A stretch of 64,000 nucleotides of DNA from Sporopachydermia quercuum (Eukaryota). Below are positions 31,810-44,743 of the stretch, piece by piece. How positions within the stretch are numbered: position 1 is the stretch's first letter; each line of letters opens with the position of its first letter. Below the pieces are notes generated by a model. The model was not told the origin of the DNA. It searched no databases and saw only the letters and a list, made by a program, of their open reading frames with translations. Where the stretch lies: assembly GCA_001599295.1 (NCBI GenBank), contig BCGN01000004.1, positions 314,138-378,137 of the forward strand. Direction: 5' to 3'. The position numbers and the translations under genes were made by a program.

Positions 31810-33836
31810 TTTATTCTGTAAATCAAGCAAGCAAAGGTTGGACAGTTGATGTGTCAATAATATCTATAATGTTGATTGAATACTAATAATAATACAATGA
31901 TAAAACTGACGATTACTGGATCATGGTAACTGGCTTAGTTCTCTTTAGTATGAAAACTTGTTTACAGTCAACCTTCGTTCCCTGTTATCAATTCCGCTAA
32001 TTCATTAGTTCAATAGTCCAATAAACTGATAAGGCAAACTTGATACCAGCATTAACTACCAGATAGTAATAGTCCAGTAGTAGTTAATAGGAAGAAACCT
32101 TCCTCGTTGATTTCGTGATAGGAAAGAGCTGTTTACTTTCTTCCGGAAACAGTAATAGTTGTTGATTAGACCAGAAGGATGTTTTCCGATTATTTCATCA
32201 TTAACAATGCATAGTAATCTCTAGAATTGCCCTCGTATTCTAGAGAAGAATGTTGTTGACTGATGTCATAAATCCTCGAGGCACTAAGAAGTATTAGTCC
32301 GACTCGATGGTCTCTCTATTGGTTTTCGTGGAATGACGAAGAAGTTATTTCACGGGTATAAATTGTTCTATACATTTACTGGGACAGCAAGATTTTGAGA
32401 CTTTTTCAATATATCATTTGATCGTCGGAAATCCAAGTTGGCATACTGTAGAACCAATCTACCCTATCAGAAATGGCATTTACAGTTAAGGTTGATCAAC
32501 GAAGAAGTACCTGCAGACATGGTAAAACTTTATCTTTCAAGTTAGAGAAGCTAGCTAAGAACGATTCTGATTTGTTAATTATATTATAGTACTAGAGTAA
32601 TATAATGTATATCTATAAGCTTGATTCAGGTGAAAATATATGGGAAAAATAATTGTTTTCTTCTCTTGAAGTTGTCAATTATGAAATTGCCCTAACGGTT
32701 GAGGGTAAGGAGAAAGATAAAGTTCCTGCAAGTTCTCTGTAGTTATATGCAAGCGGAATTATTAGTTCTCAGGTATCCACCAAATAATCAGATTCAACAA
32801 ATTCATATTTCAAACCTTTATTCTGGTTAAGTTTTAATATTCCTATCCTCCAAGTTATCCGTTCAAAATAATGGCTTCCCTAAAATCCAAGAAAACACCA
32901 TCCACAGCCTTTAAGTCTTTCAGTATCAATCTCCCTCTCATACATAGGTCTACGTTAACCTGCAAAATCTCCAAACCCTATTCCCTAAATTCATCTTTTC
33001 TTCCTGCAAACCCCATTTCTTACTTCTTATTGCCCATTCTGATATACCTTTTTTCTCTTAAAAATTTCATAAAATGTAAATGAGATTAGCAATCAAATAA
33101 TAATATCTATCTACATAAATTTTCTCTCTTTCTCGTAAGTTTTTGATCTTCATTTTTGTACTCGTTTCCATACTGATTCTCTACTACTCATGCCTCTTAT
33201 TGCCATTACTAGCATATGCATGAAATAATCATTCTGAAAAGGCTATGGAGGCATTGCTATTAAGCGCTCTTGATTGATATCGTAGAGTAGAAACGGAGAC
33301 ATAGAACTAACAAAAAGAAGACTTCTTTACAAGGCTTCATAGGATTTTGAAGAGAGTAGAGTTATCATTATTTATATCAAATAACTGAGAATATAACCTG
33401 TCAGGAAGACAATAGGTAGAGAGAAGTGTTTCGTGGGTAAAGGACAGAAAATAGAATCTGTATTTGGTAGAATTAATTGGAAGCGAATTAAATAGCTGAA
33501 GAAGAGAAGGAATTATAAGTGGAAGTACATTACTCTGAGCATATAGTTTACGATTGAAAGAGACGGCAGCAAGCTTTATTATAACAGCTTTTTTAAATCT
33601 TTAAAAAGAGTTGTAGGTATACCTATTGAGACTGTGGTTGGTGAGTCTGATGCGAATAAGCAATCAGTGATTACAGAAGGTCCACTACAAGAAAGACTGA
33701 CATTTGTCGCACAAACGATAATCAGAAACTACGATTTGTCCCCAACAAGAAAATTATTCGCATATCAGCAACGACTGTTATCATTATCAAGAACAGTACT
33801 TACGATATAAAATAATAATCAACACAATTCTATACA

Positions 33837-34409
33837 ATGGGTAAAGCAGCTTCAAAACTCTCCAAAGATGATATTCAAAATCTCAAACAAATGACCTATT
33901 TCGATAGAAAAGAGCTACAACAATGGTACAAAGGTTTTTTGAAAGACTGTCCATCTGGTGAATTGTCAAAAGAAGATTTCCAACGTATATATAAGCAGTT
34001 CTTCCCGTTTGGAGACCCAACTGCGTTCAGCAACTACGTTTTCAATGTGTTTGACAGTGACCATAACGGATCAATCGACTTCAAAGAATTCATAGTTGCT
34101 CTTAGTATCACGTCAAGAGGATCATTAGAAGAAAAACTTACATGGGCTTTCCAACTATATGATTTGAACAGTGATGGTAAGATAACATACGATGAGATGT
34201 TAGCGATAGTGACAGCTATATATAAGATGATTGGATCAATGGTTCAGATGCCAGAAAACGAATCAACGCCTAGTAAAAGAGTTGACAAGATCTTTGGTAG
34301 TATGGATAAAGATAAGAATGGTGAATTGACCTTTGAAGAGTTTAGAGAAGGTGCTAAGGTTGATCCTACCATTATATCAGCACTCAACTTATATGATGGT
34401 TTAGTTTAG
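33837..34409 (+). CDS. FRQ1: Frequenin / neuronal calcium sensor-1 homologue
   Basis: Myristoylation-type start [23 protein letters not shown]-hands, C-terminal ALNLYDGLV. Confidence 0.97.
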   Translation: MGKAASKLSKDDIQNLKQMTYFDRKELQQWYKGFLKDCPSGELSKEDFQRIYKQFFPFGDPTAFSNYVFNVFDSDHNGSIDFKEFIVALSITSRGSLEEKLTWAFQLYDLNSDGKITYDEMLAIVTAIYKMIGSMVQMPENESTPSKRVDKIFGSMDKDKNGELTFEEFREGAKVDPTIISALNLYDGLV

Positions 34410-34700
34410 TAGAATCTAACAAGGAGAACTTGATGGTATTTATAGGTATTTTATAGTATAACGCGTCGTGTTAATATTTCATACGTATCGTATCTTTTGC
34501 ATTACTATTCTAGCAGCGATTATGCTGCATTGCTTTGACTATACTACTAGTTTTGATATAATTTATTGTATGTACAAGAATAGAATTACAGTTAAATGAA
34601 TAATGTAATAATTTATAGATGGNATTTATTGTCATAAACATATCTGCAATCTATTCCAAATTTCAGTAAATACACAACAGAAGAAAAGATACTATTATTC

Positions 34701-35414
34701 TCAAATTCGTTCTGCTGTCCAAATAGCCAGACGACAAATAGCCTTCACACCTTCAACGATTGGCCAATAGGGAACAGCTTCTTCAGCATCATTTTCAACG
34801 GCGGTATTTAAATGTTCCAATTCATCGTCACGAAAGCTCCTTACTGTGTTTCTTATTTCTTCTAACTCTGGTGACGTTTCAGGAGATGATTCATCAATTC
34901 TCAATCCATTGAATTCATTCATCAAAACTCTCAATTGTGTATTATAGTGCCCTCCAATAACGGTTTCAACTGCAACTGTACACGCCATAGCGGCTTCTTT
35001 ACCTATTAATGCAGTTGATACTCCAATAGCGTAGGCTCCTACTTTCCATGCTGGTGTCAGTAAACTTGGCCTCACTCTATGCTTCACTTGAAGCTTGTTA
35101 AACGTGCTTCTATGATGAATCTCTTGATCCCACATATGCTGTAGAGTATCTCTCAGACCTGGCTCTGGTGAGTGTTTCAAAACAGCAAATTGTCCTGCAT
35201 AGATTAAATCTGCTCCAAGTTCACCAGCTTGATCAACTCTGATGACCCTATCAAGATATGCCTTTTGGGCCGCTGACAACGGTTTATAATTCGTGTGATT
35301 TGGCTTCGTCGATGTCGTGCTATTGTTTCTGATTGCTTTAGCTGTTGATTGTGTCGCTGTGCCAGCTAATCGCATAGCTGCTCTGAGCTTTTGCATAGAT
35401 CCAATTGAAGCCAT
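34701..35414 (-). CDS. COQ7: 5-demethoxyubiquinone hydroxylase (di-iron)
   Basis: IRVDQAGELGA, QEIHH, AMACTVAVETVIGGHY, FRDDELEH, AIWTAERI; basic presequence. Confidence 0.96.
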   Translation of the reverse strand: MASIGSMQKLRAAMRLAGTATQSTAKAIRNNSTTSTKPNHTNYKPLSAAQKAYLDRVIRVDQAGELGADLIYAGQFAVLKHSPEPGLRDTLQHMWDQEIHHRSTFNKLQVKHRVRPSLLTPAWKVGAYAIGVSTALIGKEAAMACTVAVETVIGGHYNTQLRVLMNEFNGLRIDESSPETSPELEEIRNTVRSFRDDELEHLNTAVENDAEEAVPYWPIVEGVKAICRLAIWTAERI

Positions 35415-35812
35415 ACTGCGTTGATTTACGAGAATGCAGTAGTAGCACTCAACAATAGAAATAGGATAGGTTTAGTGTCCTGTGCTGTGTTACAGACCTC
35501 AATCAGGAGATATTTCCAGTAATATAAAGTCTATGGGTTACATAAAAACAATTGACTCAATTCTGTCTATTTGACTTCAATATTCTAATCAAATATAGTC
35601 CCCAGTGCCATTATTATCATCGGCGATGACATACGCTTAAATGAAACAAACCACGCTTTCTTCACAGATAAATGTAGGTTGAATGGTATAAAATGGCCTA
35701 ATTATGTGATTACTGCTTACATCATCATCAAAAAACTATTACTCATGTTCGCTAAACATAATAGCGGAAATAACCCAGATACATAATTCTACCTAAAGTT
35801 TCCGTTATATTG

Positions 35813-35841
35813 CAAGTTCCTCAAGTTCCTCAAGTTCCTCA
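35813..35841. repeat. Tandem repeat (CAAGTTCCT)x3
   Basis: Three exact 9-mers at 35813, 35822 and 35831 in the COQ7/lipase divergent intergenic region. Confidence 0.85.
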
Positions 35842-36427
35842 TCACCTCATCAGTTTCTTTTTGAGCCATGACTGCGCACCAATTTCAGTTGGGCTCTTTT
35901 TATAGTTTTAAGTTCATCTTATTGAGTCTTGTTTCCAGATCAGTTAAATCAAAACCACTTCTAGATCTCGTTAATTTGAAGCCATACACAGATTTCACAA
36001 GCAGTTTTGTGGAGAGAAATCACATTCAGATGAAATTAGTATTATTGTAGATTAAAGGTTGAAGGGTATGTAAGTGGCAGTTTGGTTTGACCGTAGATAA
36101 AATATTCGATAGGAGATGATTTGATAAAGGAATAGACTTATTGCTAGCCGGAAGAAAAAAAGTGAAATACTGAGCAAAAGAAAGGGTTCATATAAAGATA
36201 TAAAAAATCAGCGTTGTTATCAGGGTGAGCAAAGAGTTTCTACTGTGAAAACATTTGAATGCACTTTGCCTTCTTTGCTTTTTGATAGTGCTAAATAGTA
36301 TGTTTTGATAGAGGTTGGCACATGTACCGTAGATCATGCTTGATAAAGAACAATCATATTTAATAAGAGATTTTGAAGATTATGAGATTATAACCCAGTA
36401 TTGTACATGAAGCTAAAATAGACAAAC

Positions 36428-37799
36428 ATGGATTCAACTGAGGAGAATCAGAATAAACCTTCTGAGCCTGAAAGCTGGATATTGAAGCAAACTCAACACT
36501 TTGGCATCAGCTTGATTACTTTCTTGATAATGAGTTTGATAGTCATACTATACAACAAACCTTTATTAGGCCAAAATTTAATCCCTCATGATACATTGGT
36601 GGCTTCAAAGTTTGACATTATGAAGGCCAGACCTCATGTTTCTATGAATCAGTATGACCAGCTAAAGGAATTTGCTCATTTGATCAGTATCGCGTAAGTA
36701 TTATTGAAATTGTGAGGATAAAGAAGGATTCAATGATAATATATCAGCAGAAATCTGAAATTTGATGGCTGTATATCTAACATTGAAACTTATCTACAAT
36801 ATAGTTACTGTGTCTCATCTTTCAGCAGCATTGGACCAGAATTCCAATGTAATATATGTGGAGAATATTCGGACATTCAGCTTGTTGATCAATGGACTAG
36901 TGACATTGTAACGTCACCAGATCTGTATGTGTCAGGCTATCTCGCTGTTGATCATCATAAGCAAAGAATAATTCTTATTCTCAGAGGTAGCAGATCTGTC
37001 CCTGATACATTAGTTGATGTCGATACAACAATGGTTAAATACAATGCAATTGGAGAAGACTCTATAAAGAAAATCAGCCATACAAATACTGAGATCTTCT
37101 GTGCAAATTGTTATGTTCATAAAGGATTTTTCACAGCTTACTACAACACTTTGAATAAGATCCAAACATCATTAGACGCTTCTATTTTCAAATATCCTTC
37201 TTATAGATTATACATCGGAGGTCATTCATTAGGAGGAGCAGTTGCTTTATTACTAGGGTTGGATTACACTATAATGTATGGCACGGAGGAAAACAAACCG
37301 CTGATAGTAACAATGGGTCAACCGATAGTTGGTAATACTGAATTTTCCAATTGGGCTAATGACGTACTTGATTCATCAGATGGTCAAACCAATGAGCGTT
37401 CTTTCTTTAGAGTAACTCACAAGGGAGACATTATTCCTGATGTTCCATTCTGGAGAAGGTACTATCCTATGGCAGTAAGTAAATGGAATCAAATGTATAT
37501 ACACAAGAATTTTGTGTCGCATCTTTACTGCAGTTAATTTGCAACATTGATCATGTTGAAATATTAACAAGCCTTTTTAGGGAGAAATATTCATTAATGA
37601 GTCTGAGCCTAATCCTCAAATTGAAAATGTATTAATATGCTCAGGTTCATATGATCCGTTATGCAGTGCTCAGTACGGCATAAAAAAAAAAGTCATGAAA
37701 GGTATTAAATCTGAGAGAGAAGTTGCTAATGAGAAGACCATGAATGGTCATTTGATATATTTTGAGCGAATAGGAACTTGTGGTTTTGGAATATCGTGA
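36428..37799 (+). CDS. Class 3 (triacylglycerol) lipase with N-terminal membrane anchor, 3 exons
   Basis: Exons 36428-36693, 36805-37474, 37581-37799. Motifs IAYCV, RGSRS, VHKGF, GHSLGG nucleophile elbow, RVTHKGDIIP (Asp) and GHLIYF (His, only in the reconstructed third exon). Confidence 0.88.
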
Positions 37800-37918
37800 T
37801 GAAAGAAGATATTACCGAGCAGCAGTTGGCTAATAATAGTTCCCTTCTATAGCGCTACTGTTATTCGATTCACAGAAAAAAAAAAAATTGCCTCTACCTA
37901 TGCAACAGAAACTTGATA

Positions 37919-40762
37919 TCATTTCCTTCTACGGAACCTAAACCGTCCCTCGTCCTCACTCTCTTCAGAGCTTTCAGTTAGCCGGGCATCACGTTTTACA
38001 GTCTGCTTTGAGTTCTGGTTGTTGTTGTTTCCACCATGACATGCGTCTTTATCTTCACGGGTAGCATCATTATCGTCGTCAGTTTCATTCTCGTCAGAAA
38101 GCTGTGAGTCATTCGAAACAAACAGCTTGTTACCACGTTTTTTACTGCTGCTATTCATTTTCCTGCTAATATTTCCAACTCCAGTATCAAGAGCTCCCGA
38201 AACTGCTGGAGTACTAGGAGTCACAGGGGAAGATACATCTCTGCGTGTGAACCTGAACAACGCCGAACGTTCCATCAACCGTTTCTCTTGTAACGCTTCT
38301 TCCTTCTGTCTCTTTTTCAAAGCTTTCAATTGATGCAAATTCATCGATTTACTTCTACCAGCACCAGCCATTGCTCTGCCAGCAGCTCTCTCTCGTGCAG
38401 TCAATCCAATATTCTGTTTTCTGACTGTGCCCATGAGCAAATCCATATCACTTGCATTCATCTCTCTCTCCCGTGGGACTCCCATCTCCGAATCTACATC
38501 CATATTTTCTGCGGATTGGTTGGGTTGAAATTCAACTAGCGGGACATAGTTCTTAGCCATAGAGCTCACTGGAGATTTTCGGTGGAACTTTTTGAAGTTT
38601 TTCCTTCCTCGCCAATCAGAGTTCCACTTTGCTTCTTGTTTGTCCAACAGTTGTGCTGTTTTATCTGTGACAATTCTTCCTTTACTATCAATCTGGAACA
38701 TTAGATTCATCCTTTCTATTGGTATATTGAGTAGCTTTACCGGTGCAGTATCAAGAGTAGAGTTCCCTTGGGTTTCGTCATCGTCAACGTGTGAATCATT
38801 ATGTGAATTGTGTGGGTTAATATTTGAATTGGAATCAAATGTGTTGTGTTGTTCAGCATACGTGTTTCTGTGGTTAGATACACTATTAGCTCCATTAATC
38901 CTGTTAATACTATTATCATTGATATTACCATTCTTATTATTATTATCGGAATCAATAACATCATGTCCAATCTGGTACTCAATACTTTTATATTGCTGTA
39001 ATTTCTTGTCTTTAATAAGCTCTTCAATTGTTTTCTGGCTTTCCTGTGCAGAATCCGTAGGCTCCACAGGATCTAACGAGAGAACGATTGGTTGATTCTG
39101 CTTGTCATTTTTTCCTTTATCTCCACTCTTACCCGGCTGTATATTAAAACTTTCCAATGTGGTTTGTTGTAATTCTTCCTGTTTCACTGATATTGCGTCT
39201 GACTGTCTCGATGGTTCTGGCAATGCTTGTTTACAGGAAACAGGAGAATCAACCATGTTGAACAAAGGACTCTTGATAGCTACAACTTTTCTTCTTTTCT
39301 TAGCAGGTTTTTCACCGGTTCCTGTAGTATCTTTTCCCTCCAGTTTATCCAGATGGTCATTATCATTGATGCCGTTTGTCATTTCATCAGCTTTGGAGTT
39401 CAAGCTTGTCTTACCGTGGAAACCAAAGAAGTCTTTCACGTCCATTGCCCTTATTCTTTTCTTTGAACCTTTTGACTTTGACTGAGAATTTTGTTGTGAA
39501 GAAGATTGTGATTGGGACAGAGAATCCATTTGGCGCTGTGATTTCAAATGCTCGCTAGTTCCGAAATCGCTATCACCATTTTTTTTATTCCCTGGATAAG
39601 AAGACAAAATCTCTTCAGGATCAGGAAAAGACTTAGGAACATTATTCATAAACACTTTGACATTCATACCCTTCACAACTTCATACAGAGAACTCAGTTT
39701 AAACAGTTCGACTCCCAAAAGCGATTCCACCTGCTGTAAAACTTCTATCGACTGGCTTAATGCCTTTCCTGGTAATAAATTAAGCCCAGCGCCAGAATAT
39801 CCTTCAGGTGCCAATAATATAACCTGAGTACCTTTAGACCGTATGAAAGTAATTAGATCAACCACTAATTCATATTTTATTGAGTTGAAATCCCCTTTTG
39901 CAAGTGCTATTCGACTCTGCAGCTTATCATGCAAATTATATTCATAAAATAAAGCACCAGCATTTTGAATAGCACCTGATAGCAATACCTTTTTAGCCCT
40001 ATTTCTGTTGTCTATTCTGTCTATATTAATTACAATAAATGAGTATCCTTTTAGACACTTTCGTCGATTATTATCAGGCTCCAATATTGACTCAAGCAAG
40101 AATTGATTATAATCAGGGTATCTTTCAGGAAATTTACTACTTAAACTGCTACTTTCACTCTCATAATTACTTTCATAAGTATAGTATTCCAATAATCGTT
40201 GGAACAGCTTCCCACTAACAATAGGAATCATACTAGTCAATGCATATAATATTTCTTCCAATCCCTGTTCATTTCTAATTCCATTTTCCTGTACCACTAG
40301 ACAATTGGTCCATTTAGTGAAATGATCCAACACTTTGATCCCAATAACATTTGACAGCTGATTTATAACCGATCTCTCACTTTCTATCCCATCTTTATCA
40401 TATGCTACCACTATTCTCTTGTACTCCAATATATAATGTGCATCCCTATCACCAAAACATAAAGCAAACTTATCACGATTTGCCGCAGTAAAAGTAATTG
40501 AGTTCTCCATCAAATTTCCATTTTGAATTGTGATATTGCTCTTCGGTTTCGTTTTCTCTATCGTCAAGCTAGGCCTTTCTTTTTCATTATCTATCCACTG
40601 TGGTAGTAATTCACCTATTGTTAATACAGCATGTTTTCTAGACGTTCCTTTCATTTCAGAGCTTACTAGGATATCACTGCTTTTATCTCTGCCTAGTGTA
40701 TACTTTCTATTGGCCTGCAGCCACTTCGTACGGTTTGTACGTTTATCTTTTAATAGCCACAT
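37919..40762 (-). CDS. XRS2: Nbs1/Xrs2 subunit of the MRN/MRX complex
   Basis: N-terminal FHA (YTLGR..SRKHA), BRCT-like region, Mre11-binding motif KNFKKFHR, and a C-terminal acidic patch plus FRF Tel1/ATM-binding motif. Confidence 0.85.
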   Translation of the reverse strand: MWLLKDKRTNRTKWLQANRKYTLGRDKSSDILVSSEMKGTSRKHAVLTIGELLPQWIDNEKERPSLTIEKTKPKSNITIQNGNLMENSITFTAANRDKFALCFGDRDAHYILEYKRIVVAYDKDGIESERSVINQLSNVIGIKVLDHFTKWTNCLVVQENGIRNEQGLEEILYALTSMIPIVSGKLFQRLLEYYTYESNYESESSSLSSKFPERYPDYNQFLLESILEPDNNRRKCLKGYSFIVINIDRIDNRNRAKKVLLSGAIQNAGALFYEYNLHDKLQSRIALAKGDFNSIKYELVVDLITFIRSKGTQVILLAPEGYSGAGLNLLPGKALSQSIEVLQQVESLLGVELFKLSSLYEVVKGMNVKVFMNNVPKSFPDPEEILSSYPGNKKNGDSDFGTSEHLKSQRQMDSLSQSQSSSQQNSQSKSKGSKKRIRAMDVKDFFGFHGKTSLNSKADEMTNGINDNDHLDKLEGKDTTGTGEKPAKKRRKVVAIKSPLFNMVDSPVSCKQALPEPSRQSDAISVKQEELQQTTLESFNIQPGKSGDKGKNDKQNQPIVLSLDPVEPTDSAQESQKTIEELIKDKKLQQYKSIEYQIGHDVIDSDNNNKNGNINDNSINRINGANSVSNHRNTYAEQHNTFDSNSNINPHNSHNDSHVDDDETQGNSTLDTAPVKLLNIPIERMNLMFQIDSKGRIVTDKTAQLLDKQEAKWNSDWRGRKNFKKFHRKSPVSSMAKNYVPLVEFQPNQSAENMDVDSEMGVPREREMNASDMDLLMGTVRKQNIGLTARERAAGRAMAGAGRSKSMNLHQLKALKKRQKEEALQEKRLMERSALFRFTRRDVSSPVTPSTPAVSGALDTGVGNISRKMNSSSKKRGNKLFVSNDSQLSDENETDDDNDATREDKDACHGGNNNNQNSKQTVKRDARLTESSEESEDEGRFRFRRRK

Positions 40763-41422
40763 TGTAATCTGTTGAGAGTGCTTACATTTTGGTGCAGCAC
40801 GCGAGAGATAACCTAAGATTGAAAAGATATGATGAGAAGAGCATCAGAGGAGTACGGATAACTGGTAGAACAGACACAAATGAAGTCTATTGATGAATCC
40901 CCAAAGGCTTACCGATAGATAAAACAGATTCTTATACGATTCGGTTGGAGCTATGCATAGTAGATAATAACGGTGGAAGATAGACTTACATAATGAAGAA
41001 TAACAGCTCAAAAATGAGCTCGTTGGCATAATGAAACATTGTCTGGTACTAAGGGGAAAAGTGAGAATGATGTAGTTGAGTATAGTACTAATTTATTTTT
41101 ACATGCTACCATCTTTCCGGACAACTAAGCTGATGACTATCAAGGTTAAATGGTTATAATTAAAGATCAAATCTTCGGAGAAATTTAAACAATAAACAGG
41201 AGCTTGATAACTAATGGTAAATGGGAGTTTCTTTTTAAAAATTATTATTGTTGTTAATACCGAAGTCATGAAAATCAAGGATAGCTGGATACTGGATGTG
41301 CTTTGCATCATGCATAGTCATTTGACAACTGTACATTTTTTTCAATCTATAATACATTCATTACATATATTACATATATACTTACAGTGGTAATACCACT
41401 GAATATACCGCAAAGGGCGAAA

Positions 41423-42120
41423 TCACCTTCCTGGGCTTTTGCTTCTATTTCTATCATCAAACCGTGAGCTCATCTCAGCTGCTCTATCATCTTCATGGCG
41501 CCTAGCTCTATTATTGAGTCTTGGTGATTCAACAAAACAAAAGTCACATTCTAATTCTTGACCTAGGAACTCCAAGCCTGAAGCTCCCTCAACTGCTCTT
41601 GTAGCTTCTGCTTGTGTCTTATATTCAATCAAGGCATATCCCTGTAAATAGTTAGTATCTAGTTAGCGATATCCGGAGAATGTATTAGCATTTTATGATA
41701 TCCCAATACTAATCATAGATCATATAATGTATCCACTTACCTTAACATAACCTGTTCTACCATCTAGATTCAATTTTATGTTCACCACTTCTCCAAACTC
41801 TTCAAAAAGCTCTGTCAGGTCCTCTTCTGTGGCTTCTTCATGCACATTGGCTATAATAATAATCCAGCCCTCAATAGCTATTCCATTTGGTTAGTACCTA
41901 ACAAATGCCCCATTCATTCTGCGATTGATTTACAGATCATTGAGACCCCAACGGAGCAACTTACATCTCGTCGCTGGGACTTTATCCTGTGTTAATGGCA
42001 CTAAAGTGTCCCACTGCGCGTTGGGCTTGGTAGCTATTGGACAGCAGTTAATATGGATGTACAATTAGGTAGTGCAATGGATTGTCCTTTCTTTAACATA
42101 CATTCTGAGTCGATTTCCAT
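41423..42120 (-). CDS. RBM8A: Exon-junction complex RRM protein Y14/RBM8A, 4 exons, 147 aa
   Basis: Exons 42120-42102, 42033-41965, 41877-41741, 41641-41423. Spliced product contains [45 protein letters not shown] and an RS-like tail (RSKSPGR). Confidence 0.92.
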
Positions 42121-42229
42121 CGCAAAAGCTGTCTTAACGCAGTAAAGTATGCTGAGTTAGCTGCTCAGTGAAATTTATGTATGAAATGCCGATATCACAC
42201 CTATTCACACACAAATACCTTTCAACGAG

Positions 42230-42249
42230 AAACCAAACCAAACCAAACC
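42230..42249. repeat. Pentanucleotide microsatellite (AAACC)4
   Basis: Read directly from the sequence. Confidence 0.8.
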
Positions 42250-42911
42250 TGTCGCGAAGTCTTAAATGATGATTACAAAAGCTCCATATGAAGATTCGAG
42301 TCTTGAGGGGTATATGCGAGACTGAAAAATTCAGGATGAGAAGTTTGGAAATTTAACTGGTTACGCAATATCCAGTTATAGTGGAAGAACCGCGACATTT
42401 ATTTGACAAATATAGGCTTATATCACCTTAAAGTGGTTTGAATAAACATAAAGAGTTTACCTTAGAGTCGATCCATTGATTTTTGATTTTGATTTCCTCC
42501 ACTTTCATTCTATGCCATCACTTCTCTTATATATTATCTCTTATATCCCCATATCCCCAGCTTATCCCATCATCTCCTTTCCAACTTCACGTCTCACTTC
42601 AAGACTTCTAATCTTCTGTGTGGGGAGGCATAATGTTAAGCGTACTTCAAAACATTCATTATTTATTTATTTTATTATGTGCAATTTCAATTCTCTTTTT
42701 TCCTCCCTTCCTTCCTTTCATCATATCTCATCATTTCTGCTTTAGTTCTTATATTATTGCTTCTCGTTTCCTATTCTACTGCGATTTGGAGCTACGGCAA
42801 CATTCCTCCGAATCTTGCGTTCAAACAACATCTTTCCCTTCTTCCTTACACATCTATGTATGACCATCAACCTCACTTTTCCTCTATATTCATCTATCCG
42901 CTATATACACT

Positions 42912-44072
42912 ATGAAGTACCCTTCTAATAAGTCGGCTGGTTCGATTCTACGGAAGGCGATAGAAGTTAATGAAAATCATACAGACAGGAACATTCTGAC
43001 TTTATCTCAGGCAGAAAAACTGCTAGGGAATAAGCAGGAGATGGACGAAAGACCCAAAAGGAAGTACACTCCTTCAGTGCCTCCACCAGCTACAGATTTT
43101 CTACCTTCCATTGTAAAGAACTATTGGAGATGGAAACCTGGATTGCTAATAAACAGGGAAAACATTCTACGAACGTACGACAGCCAATCAGAAGAAGTAG
43201 AACAATTCAGAGCTAGTATTTCGCAGGAGCTACTTAATAATCCATATGCTCGAATGTTTGCTGCCCCTGTTAGAGAGTCCAAACCAATAAAATTCATGGT
43301 GCCACGAGGACTGTTGATCAAAGGAGGAATAATCAGAAAAGAGGAAAATAAAAAGAATGATTCTGAAGCAAAGGCATCGGAGGAAGTCATTTCAAAGGAA
43401 AAAGTAAAGCCAACAGAAGATGCAAAAGCAATAACAGAATCTTCAGACATAAGATTCAAACTCAGCGGTACAAGTGAGATCACAGATTCTATTTGGTATC
43501 TTTTGCTCCCTAGGCCTTTCCATATTAAAGGTGGTGCAGCCTATTTGCTTTTCTCTAAACACTTGATATCGATATTGGACGCATTACCTGATAAATGGAT
43601 CGGCTGTTTTCCGAAAAATGTTCTGAGTGACTCGTTTATATCTGTGAAGAATATTCAAGTTAAAAAGGACAATGTGAAGTTTGTTAATGATACAATGTTA
43701 GACTTTTTGACAGAAGAAAGAGAAAAAGTTCAGTGGGCAAAAGATGATTATAAGGTGGAATTCATTAATACTATAGATGGTCAATCAAATGCTACATCAA
43801 CAACAGAAATGACAAAAAACATGAGAAATAGAATATACATTACTATCACAGCGTCCGATTCACCATTTATATCTTATAAATGGAAGCAAACCCTGCAATC
43901 AAATATCTACCAAATTTCAACGGCATTTCTTGAATCCAATCCTAGACTGAGGAGTTTATTATCAGAATTTGGTTTTAAAGCTGAGAATCAAATAATCTGT
44001 TTTCATAGCAGTGAATCAAACGTAGATTTTCTTACTCATTTACTGAGGTATTGCATATTTCATTGTTCTTGA
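42912..44072 (+). CDS. Probable mitochondrial protein, Rrg8-like (tentative)
   Basis: 386-aa ATG-initiated ORF. NNPYARMFAAPVRE...VPRGLLI resembles the conserved block of fungal Rrg8-type proteins; nothing else recognised. The CDS is likely real; the product name is uncertain. Confidence 0.6.
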   Translation: MKYPSNKSAGSILRKAIEVNENHTDRNILTLSQAEKLLGNKQEMDERPKRKYTPSVPPPATDFLPSIVKNYWRWKPGLLINRENILRTYDSQSEEVEQFRASISQELLNNPYARMFAAPVRESKPIKFMVPRGLLIKGGIIRKEENKKNDSEAKASEEVISKEKVKPTEDAKAITESSDIRFKLSGTSEITDSIWYLLLPRPFHIKGGAAYLLFSKHLISILDALPDKWIGCFPKNVLSDSFISVKNIQVKKDNVKFVNDTMLDFLTEEREKVQWAKDDYKVEFINTIDGQSNATSTTEMTKNMRNRIYITITASDSPFISYKWKQTLQSNIYQISTAFLESNPRLRSLLSEFGFKAENQIICFHSSESNVDFLTHLLRYCIFHCS

Positions 44073-44743
44073 TATAAGAAAGGAAATGAGTTGAGATAGC
44101 GAGCGGCCAAATAGCAACTCATTCAAAGAAACACAAGTATTTGACATGGAACTTCATTTGGTTCTATGGTTCTACGGCTGATATCACTTTTCATGATAAA
44201 TAAGCTGTTTACTCCAAGTTAACAAACAATCGAATCAAACAGCGACAAACGCCAACAAATAATAATAGCACATTAATTTCAACTCTCAGAACAAACCAAG
44301 GTATGAAATTATTGAAATATAAAGCAAAATCCGCTGCACACAGCAAGAAAACGGTTTCTACTCATAACTAACTGTGCGGTGTAAGTGTTGAATTTTTATG
44401 GTCATTATTCTCATGATTAATATTATGCTTGACCATAAACATACACGGCACGTGAGCTCTTATTCTGATTTCAAGATCAAATATGAAACCAAGCAACCAT
44501 ATATTCGGTCTTATACTCTGAAAATCGGTAAAGGTAAAATAGGATCACCATCATAAGGACCTCACAGCTGTTTTCTCAGAGTTATATTTTCATATAATAT
44601 TGCTACCATATGTATTAGTTTACTATATGGAGAACTAGGACTCTGGAAAGGAACTCTACAAATCTCAATCATGCATATTTTGTATATTATAGTTTATTCA
44701 TCAATTAATTACCCTAGTGAATATAGCACCTTAAATTAATTCA

